From Methanobacteriota archaeon (GTDB lineage Archaea > JAADCQ01 > Methanopyri > Methanopyrales > Methanopyraceae), in NCBI GenBank assembly GCA_027064305.1, contig JAMOPY010000023.1, positions 20,622 through 84,621 of the forward strand: 64,000 nt of DNA, in the 5' to 3' direction. How positions within the stretch are numbered: the first letter of the stretch is position 1; each line of letters opens with the position of its first letter. Below are positions 55,233 to 64,000 of the stretch, piece by piece. The position numbers and the translations under genes were made by a program. Below the pieces are notes generated by a model that saw nothing but the letters and a program-made list of their open reading frames with translations, had not been told where the DNA came from and searched no databases.

Positions 55233-57190
55233 CCCTTAACCCCCTCGATGACCTCCAGGAACGGCCCCACCCCGCACCTTCGGATCGTGTCCGCCAGCCG
55301 CTCCTTCTGCGGCTCCTCCGCGAGCTCCCGGTACCGGCGCACGATCTCCCTCGCCACCCGCGGCACGTCCTCCGGGTCCAGAAACGCCTCCACGCGAACG
55401 CCCTCCACCGGCTCCCGGCCGCCCTTCCCTCCCAGCCACACGATCACGCCCTCCTCCTCGGCGTACCGGGCCTCCTCCGGGCACGCGTCAATGCACTTAC
55501 CGCAGTACACGCACCGCTTGTAGTCCGTCTCCGAGCACCCCACCTCGCTGCCGTCCACCGTCACGATCCGGATCGCGTCCACCTTGCACACGTCCGCGCA
55601 CTGCCCGCAGCCCGTGCACTTCTCCGGGTCCACCCCAGGCCTCGCCGCGCCCGCGAAGCCCAGGTCGTTGTGCTGCGGCCGCACGCAACCGTTGGTGCAG
55701 CCCGAGAGCGCGATCTTGAACTTGTACGGGGTCGGCTCCTCCGCCAGCTCCCCCTCCAGCCTCCTCGCCAGCTCCTCCGTGTTCAGCCGCCCCGACGCGC
55801 AGTTCCCCTCGCCCGGACAGGCCAGGATCGTGCGCACCAGCGGGCCCTCGGAACCCGTAGAGAGCCCCGCCTCCCGGAGCCGATCCACCACCCGCGGCAC
55901 CTCCACCGCCGGAACGCCGTGGATCTCCAGCTGCTGCCGATCCGTGAACTTCACCCGGTACCCCTCCTCGATCAGCCCGGCGATGGTCCGGAACACCCCG
56001 GCGTCGTCCACCCAGCCGCCAGGACCCACCTTCACCCGCAGCGCGAACGTGCCGTCCGCCCGGGCCACGATCCCACCGTAATCACCGACCCAGAAGGCCG
56101 GGGCCTCCTTGCCCTCCTCCAGCCTCCTCCGAACCTCCCGCAACGCCCGATCCCGCTTCCACCGCGCCAGCCGGCGCACCTCGCCCTCCTCCACGGACCC
56201 CCGAAGCCGCAGGTACCCGGACTCCACCGCCCCCTCCACCAGCTCCTCGCCCCTCTCACTCCGAATCAACAGCGTCGTGACCCCGTCCGGCGTGCCGACG
56301 GAACCCGCCGACACGTCCGCCAGCCGCGCCGCGAAGTCGTGACACACCCGGCACCCGTCCGGCACGGCGTCCCGGAGCTCCTTCACGTCGAACCGTCGCT
56401 CCACGTCGGGCAGCCTGACGACCAGCTCGCCCGCCTCAACGTCGAACCGCTCCACCTCCCCGATGTCGATGTCCCGCTCCCGCAGGAACGAGCGCAGCCC
56501 CTCGTACTCGAAGTTCTCCGTGCAGAACAGGCCGATCACGGCCACGATCTCCGGCAGCGCGTCCGCCGGCGACCCCTCCACGTCCCGCAGCGCCCGGGCC
56601 CCTTTGCCCACGATCTCGAAGTGGCGCAGCTTGGCCAGCCCGTTCACCTGGCACGGCAGCCCGACGGCCAGTACCCGCTCCAGACCCCGCTCGGCCGCCT
56701 CCGCCAGCGCCTCCACCAGGCTAACCCGGGAGAACTTGGAGCCGGCGAGCTCGCGGACGCGCCCCGGCTCCTCCACGATCGTCACCGAGGGCTTCCACGC
56801 CGAGCCCGCCGTGACCCCAACCACGGCGTCGACCACGCCCTCCTCCAGCGCGTACCGGGCCAGCGCCACCACGGCTCCACCGTCCTGACCCAGCCCGCGC
56901 AGCTCCTCGTCGGCCGCCACCGCGCCCACGGCCCGCCGGTACCCGCCCAGCAGCGGCTCGTACCTGGAGCCCGCCGTGCGCAGGCCCAGATGGTAGGCCC
57001 CGGTACTCGTCCGGGGGCAGACGACGCGACAGTTGCCCTCACCCCTCCGGGCGCACTCCTCCCGGAGCTCGGGCCCGTCCTCCGTCATCTCGATCTTGCC
57101 CTGCGGGCACACGGCGGCGCACGTGCCGCACTGCGCGCAGGCGCCCGGCTCCACGACCTCCTCCCGGAGCCTCCACTCGTACTCGGACAA
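55223..57190 (-). CDS. fsr: F420-dependent sulfite reductase (FrhB-like + sirohaem sulfite reductase + ferredoxin domains)
   Basis: CAQCGTC..VCP, GQDGG, AGSK, GLPCQ, GLFCTENF, C.VC.DF, SEGPLVR..ACPG..NC..G, KFKI..SGCTNGC.RP and two ferredoxin motifs. Confidence 0.9.
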   Translation of the reverse strand: MSEYEWRLREEVVEPGACAQCGTCAAVCPQGKIEMTEDGPELREECARRGEGNCRVVCPRTSTGAYHLGLRTAGSRYEPLLGGYRRAVGAVAADEELRGLGQDGGAVVALARYALEEGVVDAVVGVTAGSAWKPSVTIVEEPGRVRELAGSKFSRVSLVEALAEAAERGLERVLAVGLPCQVNGLAKLRHFEIVGKGARALRDVEGSPADALPEIVAVIGLFCTENFEYEGLRSFLRERDIDIGEVERFDVEAGELVVRLPDVERRFDVKELRDAVPDGCRVCHDFAARLADVSAGSVGTPDGVTTLLIRSERGEELVEGAVESGYLRLRGSVEEGEVRRLARWKRDRALREVRRRLEEGKEAPAFWVGDYGGIVARADGTFALRVKVGPGGWVDDAGVFRTIAGLIEEGYRVKFTDRQQLEIHGVPAVEVPRVVDRLREAGLSTGSEGPLVRTILACPGEGNCASGRLNTEELARRLEGELAEEPTPYKFKIALSGCTNGCVRPQHNDLGFAGAARPGVDPEKCTGCGQCADVCKVDAIRIVTVDGSEVGCSETDYKRCVYCGKCIDACPEEARYAEEEGVIVWLGGKGGREPVEGVRVEAFLDPEDVPRVAREIVRRYRELAEEPQKERLADTIRRCGVGPFLEVIEGVKGQR

Positions 57191-57220
57191 GCCGGACCAC
57201 CCGTGAGCGATCGTGGTCTC

Positions 57221-57263
57221 GTGTGTCGATTACCCGCACACCTCTAGGGAACACCCAATATAA
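57221..57263. promoter_or_regulatory. Divergent control region: GTGTG-N11-CACAC inverted repeat and AATATAA TATA-like box
   Basis: Lies between fsr and the HTH regulator gene; AATATAA is ~35 bp upstream of the TTG at 57295. Confidence 0.45.
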
Positions 57264-57294
57264 CGTCCTTGCGGATTCGGGTCGGGGGTTGGGG

Positions 57295-57675
57295 TTGCTG
57301 GACACCCCCTTCGTCACCATCCGCCGGTTCAACGTGACCGTGCGGGACGTGCTGAAGTGCGTCTTCGGCCTCAGAGACGCGGAGGTGGACGTCTACTTCC
57401 GACTGCTGGAGCGCGGCGAGGCCACCGTGTACGACCTGGCCGAGGACCTGGGCCGGGACCGGACCACGGTGCAGAAGGCGCTCAAGAGCCTCGTGCACGC
57501 GGGCCTGGTGAACCGGAGGAAGGAGACTCGGCCCCGGGGAGGATACGTCTACGTGTACGAGCCCCTGCCGGCCGAGGAGACGAAGAAGGTCATCCTCAGG
57601 GCGTTGGACGAATGGTACGAGGCGGTGAAGGCTGCCCTGGAGGAGCTGGATGCCGGGAGCATCGGAAGGGAGTGA
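57295..57675 (+). CDS. TrmB/MarR-like winged-HTH transcriptional regulator
   Basis: LKCVFGL...[23 protein letters not shown]...GLV and GGY.YVY. Confidence 0.88.
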   Translation: MLDTPFVTIRRFNVTVRDVLKCVFGLRDAEVDVYFRLLERGEATVYDLAEDLGRDRTTVQKALKSLVHAGLVNRRKETRPRGGYVYVYEPLPAEETKKVILRALDEWYEAVKAALEELDAGSIGRE

Positions 57676-58292
57676 TGCGCGCGCCGGACGGCACCTACGT
57701 CGTCCGGCTCCTGCTACCACCGGGCTTCGTCCCGGCCGAGGCGCTCCGGGCCGTGGCGGACCTGGCGGAGCGGTACGGGAGCGGGCGCGTGCACCTGACC
57801 GTGCGCCAGACGATCGAGATCCACGGGGTCCGGCCGGAGCGGCTGCGGGATCTGCTGCGGGAGCTGCGGGAGCGCGGCCTGGAGCCGGGCTCCACCGGGC
57901 CCCGGGTGCGCCAGATCACCTGCTGCCCGGGCGCCGACGCGTGCCCCAACGCGCTCGATCGGACGGTCCCCCTGGCGCGCCGCCTGCACGAGGAGTTCGC
58001 GGACGTGTGGGTGCCCGCCAAGGTCAAGATCGCGGTCGCCGGGTGCCCCCGGGGCTGCACGCGACCCGAGGACAACGACGTGGGCGTGCTCGGACTGGGG
58101 AACGACCGCTGGCGGGTGCTGGTGGGCGGGGTGGCGCTCGGGGACCGCTCGGGCGAGGAGGAGGTCGTGGAGACGATCGAGAGGGTGCTGCTCTGGTACG
58201 CCCGGACCGCGCCCATGGACGAGCGGCTCAAGGACCTCGCCGCCCGGGAGGCCGAGCGCCTGCAGGAGGAGCTCGGGGTCGACGACGGGTGA
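57675..58292 (+). CDS. Small sulfite/nitrite reductase-like protein (Dsr-LP)
   Basis: [30 protein letters not shown] and [17 protein letters not shown]. Confidence 0.85.
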   Translation: MRAPDGTYVVRLLLPPGFVPAEALRAVADLAERYGSGRVHLTVRQTIEIHGVRPERLRDLLRELRERGLEPGSTGPRVRQITCCPGADACPNALDRTVPLARRLHEEFADVWVPAKVKIAVAGCPRGCTRPEDNDVGVLGLGNDRWRVLVGGVALGDRSGEEEVVETIERVLLWYARTAPMDERLKDLAAREAERLQEELGVDDG

Positions 58293-58825
58293 GGCTGCGG
58301 CCGCGCACGGTCGTGCTCCGGTTGGGGCACCGCAGGGGCCGGGACCTGCGGATCACCACCCACGTGTGCCTGACCGCGCGCGCCTTCGGGGCCGAGGGGG
58401 TGCTCCTGCACGGGGAGCGGGAGGAGTCGATCCTGGAGTCCGTGGAGGACGTGGTGGACCGGTGGGGCGGACCCTTCTGGGCGCGGTGGGTGGACAGCTG
58501 GCGGAAGGTGGTGCGGGAGTGGAAGGAGGGCGGGGGCAAGGTCGTGCACCTGACCATGTACGGGCTGCACGTGGACGACGTGATCGACGAGCTCCGGGGG
58601 GAGCGGGAGCTCCTCGTCGTGGTGGGGGCGGGTAAGGTGCCGGCCGACGCGTTCGAGCTCGCGGACTACAACGTGGCGATCGGCCACCAGCCGCACTCCG
58701 AGGTCGCGGCCCTGGCCGTGTTCCTGGATCGTCTGTACGAGGGCCGGGAGCTGCACCGCGAGTTTAAGAACGCGAGGCTCCGGGTGATCCCGCGGGAAAA
58801 GGGGAAGAAGGTGGAGCGCCTATGA
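58289..58825 (+). CDS. trm56: tRNA (cytidine(56)-2'-O)-methyltransferase
   Basis: [36 protein letters not shown] and [10 protein letters not shown]. Confidence 0.95.
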   Translation: MRLRPRTVVLRLGHRRGRDLRITTHVCLTARAFGAEGVLLHGEREESILESVEDVVDRWGGPFWARWVDSWRKVVREWKEGGGKVVHLTMYGLHVDDVIDELRGERELLVVVGAGKVPADAFELADYNVAIGHQPHSEVAALAVFLDRLYEGRELHREFKNARLRVIPREKGKKVERL

Positions 58826-59520
58826 CGGTGGAGATCGCGGTGATCTCCGACGTGCACTCGAACCTGGAGGCGCTGGAGCGCGTCCTCCGGGAGATCAAGT
58901 CCGCGGACCTGATCCTGTGCTGCGGGGACGTCGTGGGGTACGGGCCCCGGCCCCGGGAGTGCCTCGAGCGGGTCCGCGAGCGGTGCGACCGGTGCGTGAT
59001 GGGGAACCACGACTACGGGGTGGTGACGGGCGACGTCGACCGCTTCAACATCGCCGCCCGGATCGCGGTGGAGTGGACGCGCCGCCGGCTGAGCGATGAG
59101 GACAAGGAGTACCTCCGCGGCCTGCCCAAGATCGACCGGTTCGAGGTGGAGGACGTGCGCATCTGCCTCGTGCACGGGAGCCCCCGGGACCCCATCTGGG
59201 AGTACGTGTTCCCCGACGCCCCGCGGGAGGTCCTGCGGGAGCTGGTCCGGCTCGCGGACGCGGACGTGCTCCTGATGGGACACACCCACGTGCCCATGCA
59301 CGAGGAGGTGGACGGCGTCCACGTGGCCAACCCGGGCAGCGTGGGCCAGCCCCGCGACGGCGACCCCCGAGCGGCCTACGGCGTCCTGGAGGTCTCCGAC
59401 GGGCGCGTGGTGTCCTGGGAGGTGAACCGGGTCGCCTACAACGTCGACAGGACCGCGAGGGAGATCGTCGACAAGGGGCTGCCCGAGGAGCTGGGAGCGC
59501 GACTCTACCGCGGGATCTAA
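58822..59520 (+). CDS. Metallophosphoesterase
   Basis: [28 protein letters not shown] and [15 protein letters not shown]. Confidence 0.93.
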   Translation: MTVEIAVISDVHSNLEALERVLREIKSADLILCCGDVVGYGPRPRECLERVRERCDRCVMGNHDYGVVTGDVDRFNIAARIAVEWTRRRLSDEDKEYLRGLPKIDRFEVEDVRICLVHGSPRDPIWEYVFPDAPREVLRELVRLADADVLLMGHTHVPMHEEVDGVHVANPGSVGQPRDGDPRAAYGVLEVSDGRVVSWEVNRVAYNVDRTAREIVDKGLPEELGARLYRGI

Positions 59521-60308
59521 ACGTCCTCCAGCAGCCTCAGCCCGTACTCGATGGACCTCAGGTTCTCCTCCGCCACGGACCGCCGCGGCCAGCTCTCCGG
59601 CCGCTCGCACCACGAGCGCTGCGTCCTGTACACCCACTCCACGGCGTCCGGGGACGCCAACCCCCGCCGGCACAGCGTGTACACGACCTCCACGGCCGAC
59701 TCCGTGAACACGACCCCGTACCCGCGCGACGTGAGCTCCACCAGCACGCGCTCCACCCGCTCCGGCGGGACCTCCAGGTACGGACGGCACGTCTTCTCCC
59801 CATCGTTCAGGTACTCCGGCTCCCGCCCGATCAGCTCCCCCACGATGTGCGAGCCCAGGCCCCGGGTGACCAGGGTGGGCACCTCGCCCCTACCCAGCCC
59901 CATCACCGGACCGAAGAACCGGACGCTCAACCACTCCGACCCGAGCAACCGGTGCAGCTCCGGGTGCACCTTCCGGTACACCACGTCGTCCACGGCCGGC
60001 TTGTCCACCCGAATCCCGTACAGGTCCTCCAGCGGCCTCAGGTTCGCGTCCGCCAGCACGTCGCACCCGGCCCGCTCGTACCGCACGGCCAGCGCCGCCT
60101 CGATCACGTCCACGCTCTCGTCCCGAAACGCGACCAGCTCCACGATCGACCCGTCCTCACACCGGGCGGCGAAGGCCGTCACGACCGGGTACCGCAGGTA
60201 CGGGCCGACGGAGTCCACCACCACCCGCTCACCCGGCTCCGACACCCGCACCCCGTGGGCCCCGCCCTCACGCAGCGCGCGCCTCAGCGCCTCGTGCGGG
60301 CCACTCAA
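59517..60308 (-). CDS. Hypothetical protein
   Basis: 263-aa ORF with minus-strand coding bias; no recognised motif. Confidence 0.7.
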   Translation of the reverse strand: MSGPHEALRRALREGGAHGVRVSEPGERVVVDSVGPYLRYPVVTAFAARCEDGSIVELVAFRDESVDVIEAALAVRYERAGCDVLADANLRPLEDLYGIRVDKPAVDDVVYRKVHPELHRLLGSEWLSVRFFGPVMGLGRGEVPTLVTRGLGSHIVGELIGREPEYLNDGEKTCRPYLEVPPERVERVLVELTSRGYGVVFTESAVEVVYTLCRRGLASPDAVEWVYRTQRSWCERPESWPRRSVAEENLRSIEYGLRLLEDV

Positions 60309-60318
60309 GGCCGAAACC

Positions 60319-60378
60319 CCGGTCGGACCGTGGCCCTCTCCTCACCGGGCTCGGTGCCGTGGTAGCTCGTCATCCCGG
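60319..60378 (-). ncRNA. Box C/D guide sRNA
   Basis: CCGG-g-ATGACGA-GCTACCACGGCA-CCGA-GTGAGGA-GAGGGCCACGGT-CCGA-CCGG. Confidence 0.85.
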
Positions 60379-60536
60379 CACGGTTTCCGAGAAATAAAGG
60401 AGCCGGGTGTGCCCGGCCCGTCGGACGGCCGCACATCCACGGCGAAACCGCCGGTTCACGACCGCCGGGCGACCCTGTGCCGGGCCGCAGCGCACCCGCC
60501 CTCATCGCACTCAGGCGGGCCCACCGCGAGCCCGCA

Positions 60537-61580
60537 TCACAATCCCACCAGCCCCAGTAATAGGGATAACGGGAGCCCGCCCACCGCCAGAAACGCCGCC
60601 GCCATCACCGGACCCAGCTCCCTCCCCAGGAAACTCCCGAGGGACGGGTAGACCGGGTCCGCGTCCTCGACCGCCTCCATCGCGAGCTCCAGCCCCAAAA
60701 GCCCCCGCCACGGCTGCGGCACGAACGGCAGCACGGCCAACCACAGCGCCGCCGCGGCCGGCCCCAACGCCTCCCTCAACCCGGGCGGCCCCACCACGGA
60801 CAGGTTCAACCCCACCCCCACCCCGGGGAACGCGTAGGGACCCCGCAACCGCACCTCCAACCCGAGCGCCCCGGCGAGCGCCAGCTTCGAGACGTCCAAC
60901 AGCAGCCGGACCGGCGCGAGCGCCAGCGTGTCCACCACCACCTCGCTCAACAGCTCCCCGGACCCCGGATCCTCCACCGCCGTGACCGACGCCGCCAGCA
61001 GCGCCAGCCCCACCTCCAACAGGTACCGATCCACCGGGTACCGACCGTTCACCACCGCGGAGAGCGCGTACCACCCGTCCAGCAGGCTCCCCGCCACCTC
61101 CTCCGGCAGCAGGTTCGCCAGGTTCAACAGGGCCGCACCGAAGGCCGCGTGCGGGTCCAGCGGGGCCAACGCGGCGGCCGCCAGCGTCCCCACCACCGGA
61201 CCCGCCAGCGCCTCGTCCGCGTCCCGGTACCCCACCTCCGAGGCCACCCTCCACGGGTCCAGCGCGTACCTCCAGCCATCTTCCACCATCCACTCCCGCA
61301 GCACCTCCTCCGGCGTCCCCGCCGGGTACGGGCCCACCGTCACGAACGAGTCCGGGGGCTCGTACCGGATCTCGATCCACCGACCGTCCCCCGTCTCCAT
61401 CACCAGCCTGGGCGGCAGACCCGGCTGAACCCACCAGGCGCGCACGCCGCCGTGGTACCCGGCGGTCACCAGCGCGTGACCCAGCTCGTGCGCCATCGTG
61501 GAGGCCGCATCCACCAACAACCCGGCGCCCGGATCCCCGACCGCCAGCGCGGCCAACACGACCGCCCCGACCGCGCTCAC
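60537..61580 (-). CDS. M50/site-2-protease-like membrane metallopeptidase
   Basis: AHELGHAL, ALAGP, LLNLANLLP...LLDG and multiple TM segments. Confidence 0.75.
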   Translation of the reverse strand: MSAVGAVVLAALAVGDPGAGLLVDAASTMAHELGHALVTAGYHGGVRAWWVQPGLPPRLVMETGDGRWIEIRYEPPDSFVTVGPYPAGTPEEVLREWMVEDGWRYALDPWRVASEVGYRDADEALAGPVVGTLAAAALAPLDPHAAFGAALLNLANLLPEEVAGSLLDGWYALSAVVNGRYPVDRYLLEVGLALLAASVTAVEDPGSGELLSEVVVDTLALAPVRLLLDVSKLALAGALGLEVRLRGPYAFPGVGVGLNLSVVGPPGLREALGPAAAALWLAVLPFVPQPWRGLLGLELAMEAVEDADPVYPSLGSFLGRELGPVMAAAFLAVGGLPLSLLLGLVGL

Positions 61581-61594
61581 GGGGGGCCACCCCC

Positions 61595-62392
61595 GTGCGG
61601 ATCATCACCCTGACGACCGACTTCGGCTGGTCCTCACCCTACCCGGCGCAGATGAAGGCGGTGATCCTGCGACTCGCCCCGCCGGGGATCGAGGTCGTCG
61701 ACGTCACCCACGGCGTCCCACCCCAGGACGTGACCTCGGGCTCCTACGTGATGGCCGTCGCCTGCCCCTGGTTCCCCAAAGGGACCGTGCACGTCGGGGT
61801 GGTGGACCCGGGCGTGGGGACCGAGCGAAGGGCCCTCCTGCTCGAGACCGCCCGCGGGGACGTGCTCATCGGCCCCGACAACGGGCTGCTCCTACCACTG
61901 GCCGAGGAGCTGGGCGGGATCGAGCGGGCCTACCGGATCCGGGAGGACGAGGTGAGCGACTGGGAGGTGTCCGCCACCTTCCACGGGCGCGACGTGTTCG
62001 CGCCCGCGGCCGTCCGCGCGGCCGTAGGCGAGGACCCGGAGGAGTTCTGCGACCCCCTGAGCCCCGGGGAGCTGGAGGGTCCCCCCATCCCGGAGCCCGA
62101 GGTGCGGGAGGACGCGATCAGGGCGCACGTCTGGTACGTGGACGACTTCGGGAACGTGATCACGAACCTGGAGTGGGAGCGCGCGGACCCGCCCGAGGAG
62201 CTCCTCGTCCGGACCGAGACCGGGGAGCACCGGGCCCGACGCGTCAAGACCTACGGGGAGGCCGAGCCCGGCGACCTCGTCGTGCTGAGATCCTCCTCCG
62301 GTCACCTGGAGCTCGCGGTGGTCGAGGGAAGCGCGGCCGAAAGGCTCGGCCTAAACCCCGGCGACCCCGTCGAGCTGCTACCCACGGAGTAG
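61595..62392 (+). CDS. SAM hydroxide adenosyltransferase (DUF62, chlorinase/fluorinase family)
   Basis: ITLTTDFG, VDVTH, VVDPGVGT.R, GPDNG, SATFHGRDVFAP and DDFGNVITN. Confidence 0.95.
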   Translation: MRIITLTTDFGWSSPYPAQMKAVILRLAPPGIEVVDVTHGVPPQDVTSGSYVMAVACPWFPKGTVHVGVVDPGVGTERRALLLETARGDVLIGPDNGLLLPLAEELGGIERAYRIREDEVSDWEVSATFHGRDVFAPAAVRAAVGEDPEEFCDPLSPGELEGPPIPEPEVREDAIRAHVWYVDDFGNVITNLEWERADPPEELLVRTETGEHRARRVKTYGEAEPGDLVVLRSSSGHLELAVVEGSAAERLGLNPGDPVELLPTE

Positions 62393-63874
62393 GGATACCC
62401 CCTCCGGTTCCACCGACCACGGGTCCCGGAACACCTCGGGCACCCGCTCCGCCACGTCCGTCGCCGTTAACCCCTGGGCCCGCTCCCCCTCCGCCAACTG
62501 CCCGGCCGCGCCGACCACGAAGGCCCCGACGCAGGCCGCCTCGAACGCGTCCTCGCACACCGCGGCCAGCGCCCCGATCACGCCCGCCAGCACGTCCCCC
62601 GTGCCACCCACCGTCATCCCCGGCGTCCCCGTCACGTTGATCCTCACCTCCCCCTCCGGCGACCCGATCACGTCCACGGCCCCCTTCAGCAGCACCGTGC
62701 ACCCCCACTCCTCCGCCACCCGACCGACGACGTCCTCCCGCTCCTCGACCCCCTCGCCCGGATCCTCCCCGAACACCCGGCGGAACTCCCCCGCGTGCGG
62801 CGTCAGCACGAACCGCTCGTCAACGACCTCCCCATCCACACCGCGCAGACCGTCCGCGTCGACCACGATCGTCCCATCCACCTCCTCGGACAGCCGCTCC
62901 AGCAGCCCCCTCGCGTCCGCCTCCGGGCCCAAGCCCGGGCCCACCACCACCGCGTCGACGTCCCCCAACGGCGCCCCCTCCAAGTCCTCCGGACCCGGCA
63001 CGCGACCGGCGTCCAGGTAGATGAGGTTGGGATCGTCCCGGGGCACCCCGCCCGACGTGAGGAGGAAAACCAGATCGGCCCCGGCCCTCAACGCCCCCCG
63101 GGCCGCCAGCCTCGGCGCCCCCACGTACCGATCCGATCCCGCGACGATCAGGATCCTACCGTGCCTACCCTTGTGCGCCCAAGGATCCCGCTCCCGAACG
63201 CCGGAGACGATCAGGTCCCCGGGCCCGCAGATCCGCTCCGCCAGCCCCGGGATCCCGGCGCTCACCCGACGGAGGAACGCGTCCCGAGCCTCCTTGACCC
63301 CGCGCTTGTGCCGATGGATCGACACGATCACGTCGGCCTCCACCGCCACGTCCGGGACCTCGCCCGTGTCCGGGTCCATCCCGGTGGGCACGTCCACCGC
63401 GACGACGCGACTCCCCGCCCGGGAGGCCTCGTTGATCCGCAGGACCGCCGTCCTCACGGGCTCCCGAAGCCGACCCCGGATCCCGAACCCCAGGATCGCG
63501 TCCACGATCACCTCCCGCTCGAAATCCATCCCCTCCAGCTCCCCTGAGTCCCGCACCTCCCTCACCGCGAGCCCGGCCGACTCCAGCCGCTCCAGGTTCC
63601 GCCGCGCCGCCGGGTTCCGGATCGCCTCCCGGCGGCCCACCAGCAGGACGTCCACCTCAACGCCCTCCGCGTCCAGGTGCCGCGCGGCCACGAACCCGTC
63701 GCCGCCGTTCCCACCCGTGCCGCAGACCACGAGGGCCTCGTCCGGCGAGTACTCCTCGAGGATAACCCGGGCCACGCCCGCGCCGGCGTTCTCCATCATG
63801 TACTCCTCCTCGAAGCCCAGCCAGCGCGAGTTCAGCTCGATCCTCCGCATCTCCCGCGACGTCACCCAGCCCAA
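62378..63874 (-). CDS. nnr: Bifunctional NAD(P)H-hydrate epimerase/dehydratase
   Basis: MENAG, CG.GGNGGDG, DA.LG.G, VDVPTG, HKG..G, DADG, TPHAGEF, LKG and GGTGDVLAG. Confidence 0.95.
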   Translation of the reverse strand: MGWVTSREMRRIELNSRWLGFEEEYMMENAGAGVARVILEEYSPDEALVVCGTGGNGGDGFVAARHLDAEGVEVDVLLVGRREAIRNPAARRNLERLESAGLAVREVRDSGELEGMDFEREVIVDAILGFGIRGRLREPVRTAVLRINEASRAGSRVVAVDVPTGMDPDTGEVPDVAVEADVIVSIHRHKRGVKEARDAFLRRVSAGIPGLAERICGPGDLIVSGVRERDPWAHKGRHGRILIVAGSDRYVGAPRLAARGALRAGADLVFLLTSGGVPRDDPNLIYLDAGRVPGPEDLEGAPLGDVDAVVVGPGLGPEADARGLLERLSEEVDGTIVVDADGLRGVDGEVVDERFVLTPHAGEFRRVFGEDPGEGVEEREDVVGRVAEEWGCTVLLKGAVDVIGSPEGEVRINVTGTPGMTVGGTGDVLAGVIGALAAVCEDAFEAACVGAFVVGAAGQLAEGERAQGLTATDVAERVPEVFRDPWSVEPEGVSLLRG

Positions 63875-64000
63875 CGGGATCCCCGCGGCCGGTGGGGCTC
63901 GAACGCCCGATAAGCCTTCCCGCGCCGCCCGGGTGTGATCCGGTGTGAACCATCCGGGCGGGCGTGCGCGGCCGTGCCGGCGCTCGTGTCAACTTTCGGG

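Noticed and set aside
63915-63970. GC hairpin near the window end (possible SECIS or sRNA)
   Set aside because: No in-frame UGA selenoprotein candidate nearby, and the context is truncated by the window edge.
1-64000. Many long overlapping ORFs in the six-frame track (e.g. 54491-57247 +, 32813-35362 +, 4638-6701 -, 8374-10191 +)
   Set aside because: Shadow ORFs caused by high GC: R/P/G/A-rich or antisense to well-supported genes, with no motifs.
1-64000. CRISPR arrays, transposases, integrases, rRNA
   Set aside because: No regularly spaced direct repeats or such coding signatures seen; the tRNA is not flanked by an integrase or an evident att duplication.

Overview
Gene-dense, very GC-rich archaeal DNA from a Methanopyrus-like hyperthermophilic methanogen. 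Evidence: a tRNA-Lys(UUU) gene encoding C at position 8, a pseudomurein Mur-ligase/MraY cluster, methanogenesis marker proteins 2 and 3, MgmA and an F420-dependent sulfite reductase. About 62 CDS, 1 tRNA and 5 box C/D guide sRNA candidates were found by eye; no CRISPR array or mobile element was seen. The main highlight is a ~10.8 kb minus-strand operon (16580->5822): gltX, PP-loop ATPase, MurC/D-like ligase, ATP-grasp, MraY-like, MurE/F-like ligase, then three uncharacterised genes that look like an FtsQ/DivIB-type POTRA membrane protein, a secreted membrane-anchored Ntn-hydrolase-like protein (candidate pseudomurein transpeptidase) and a Wzy/GT-C-like membrane protein (candidate glycan polymerase). 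Together these suggest a dcw-like pseudomurein synthesis and assembly system. Other observations: a gene that apparently must start at ATC, a retropepsin/peptide-deformylase-like fusion, an IMPase-MazG fusion next to NAD kinase, a coiled-coil/bactofilin-like protein, an Era-type KH/beta-helix fusion, a switch-like structured leader upstream of gltX, and head-to-head genes 14-17 bp apart with TATA-like boxes inside coding sequence. All family assignments come from motif recognition without database searches, and start codons are best estimates.
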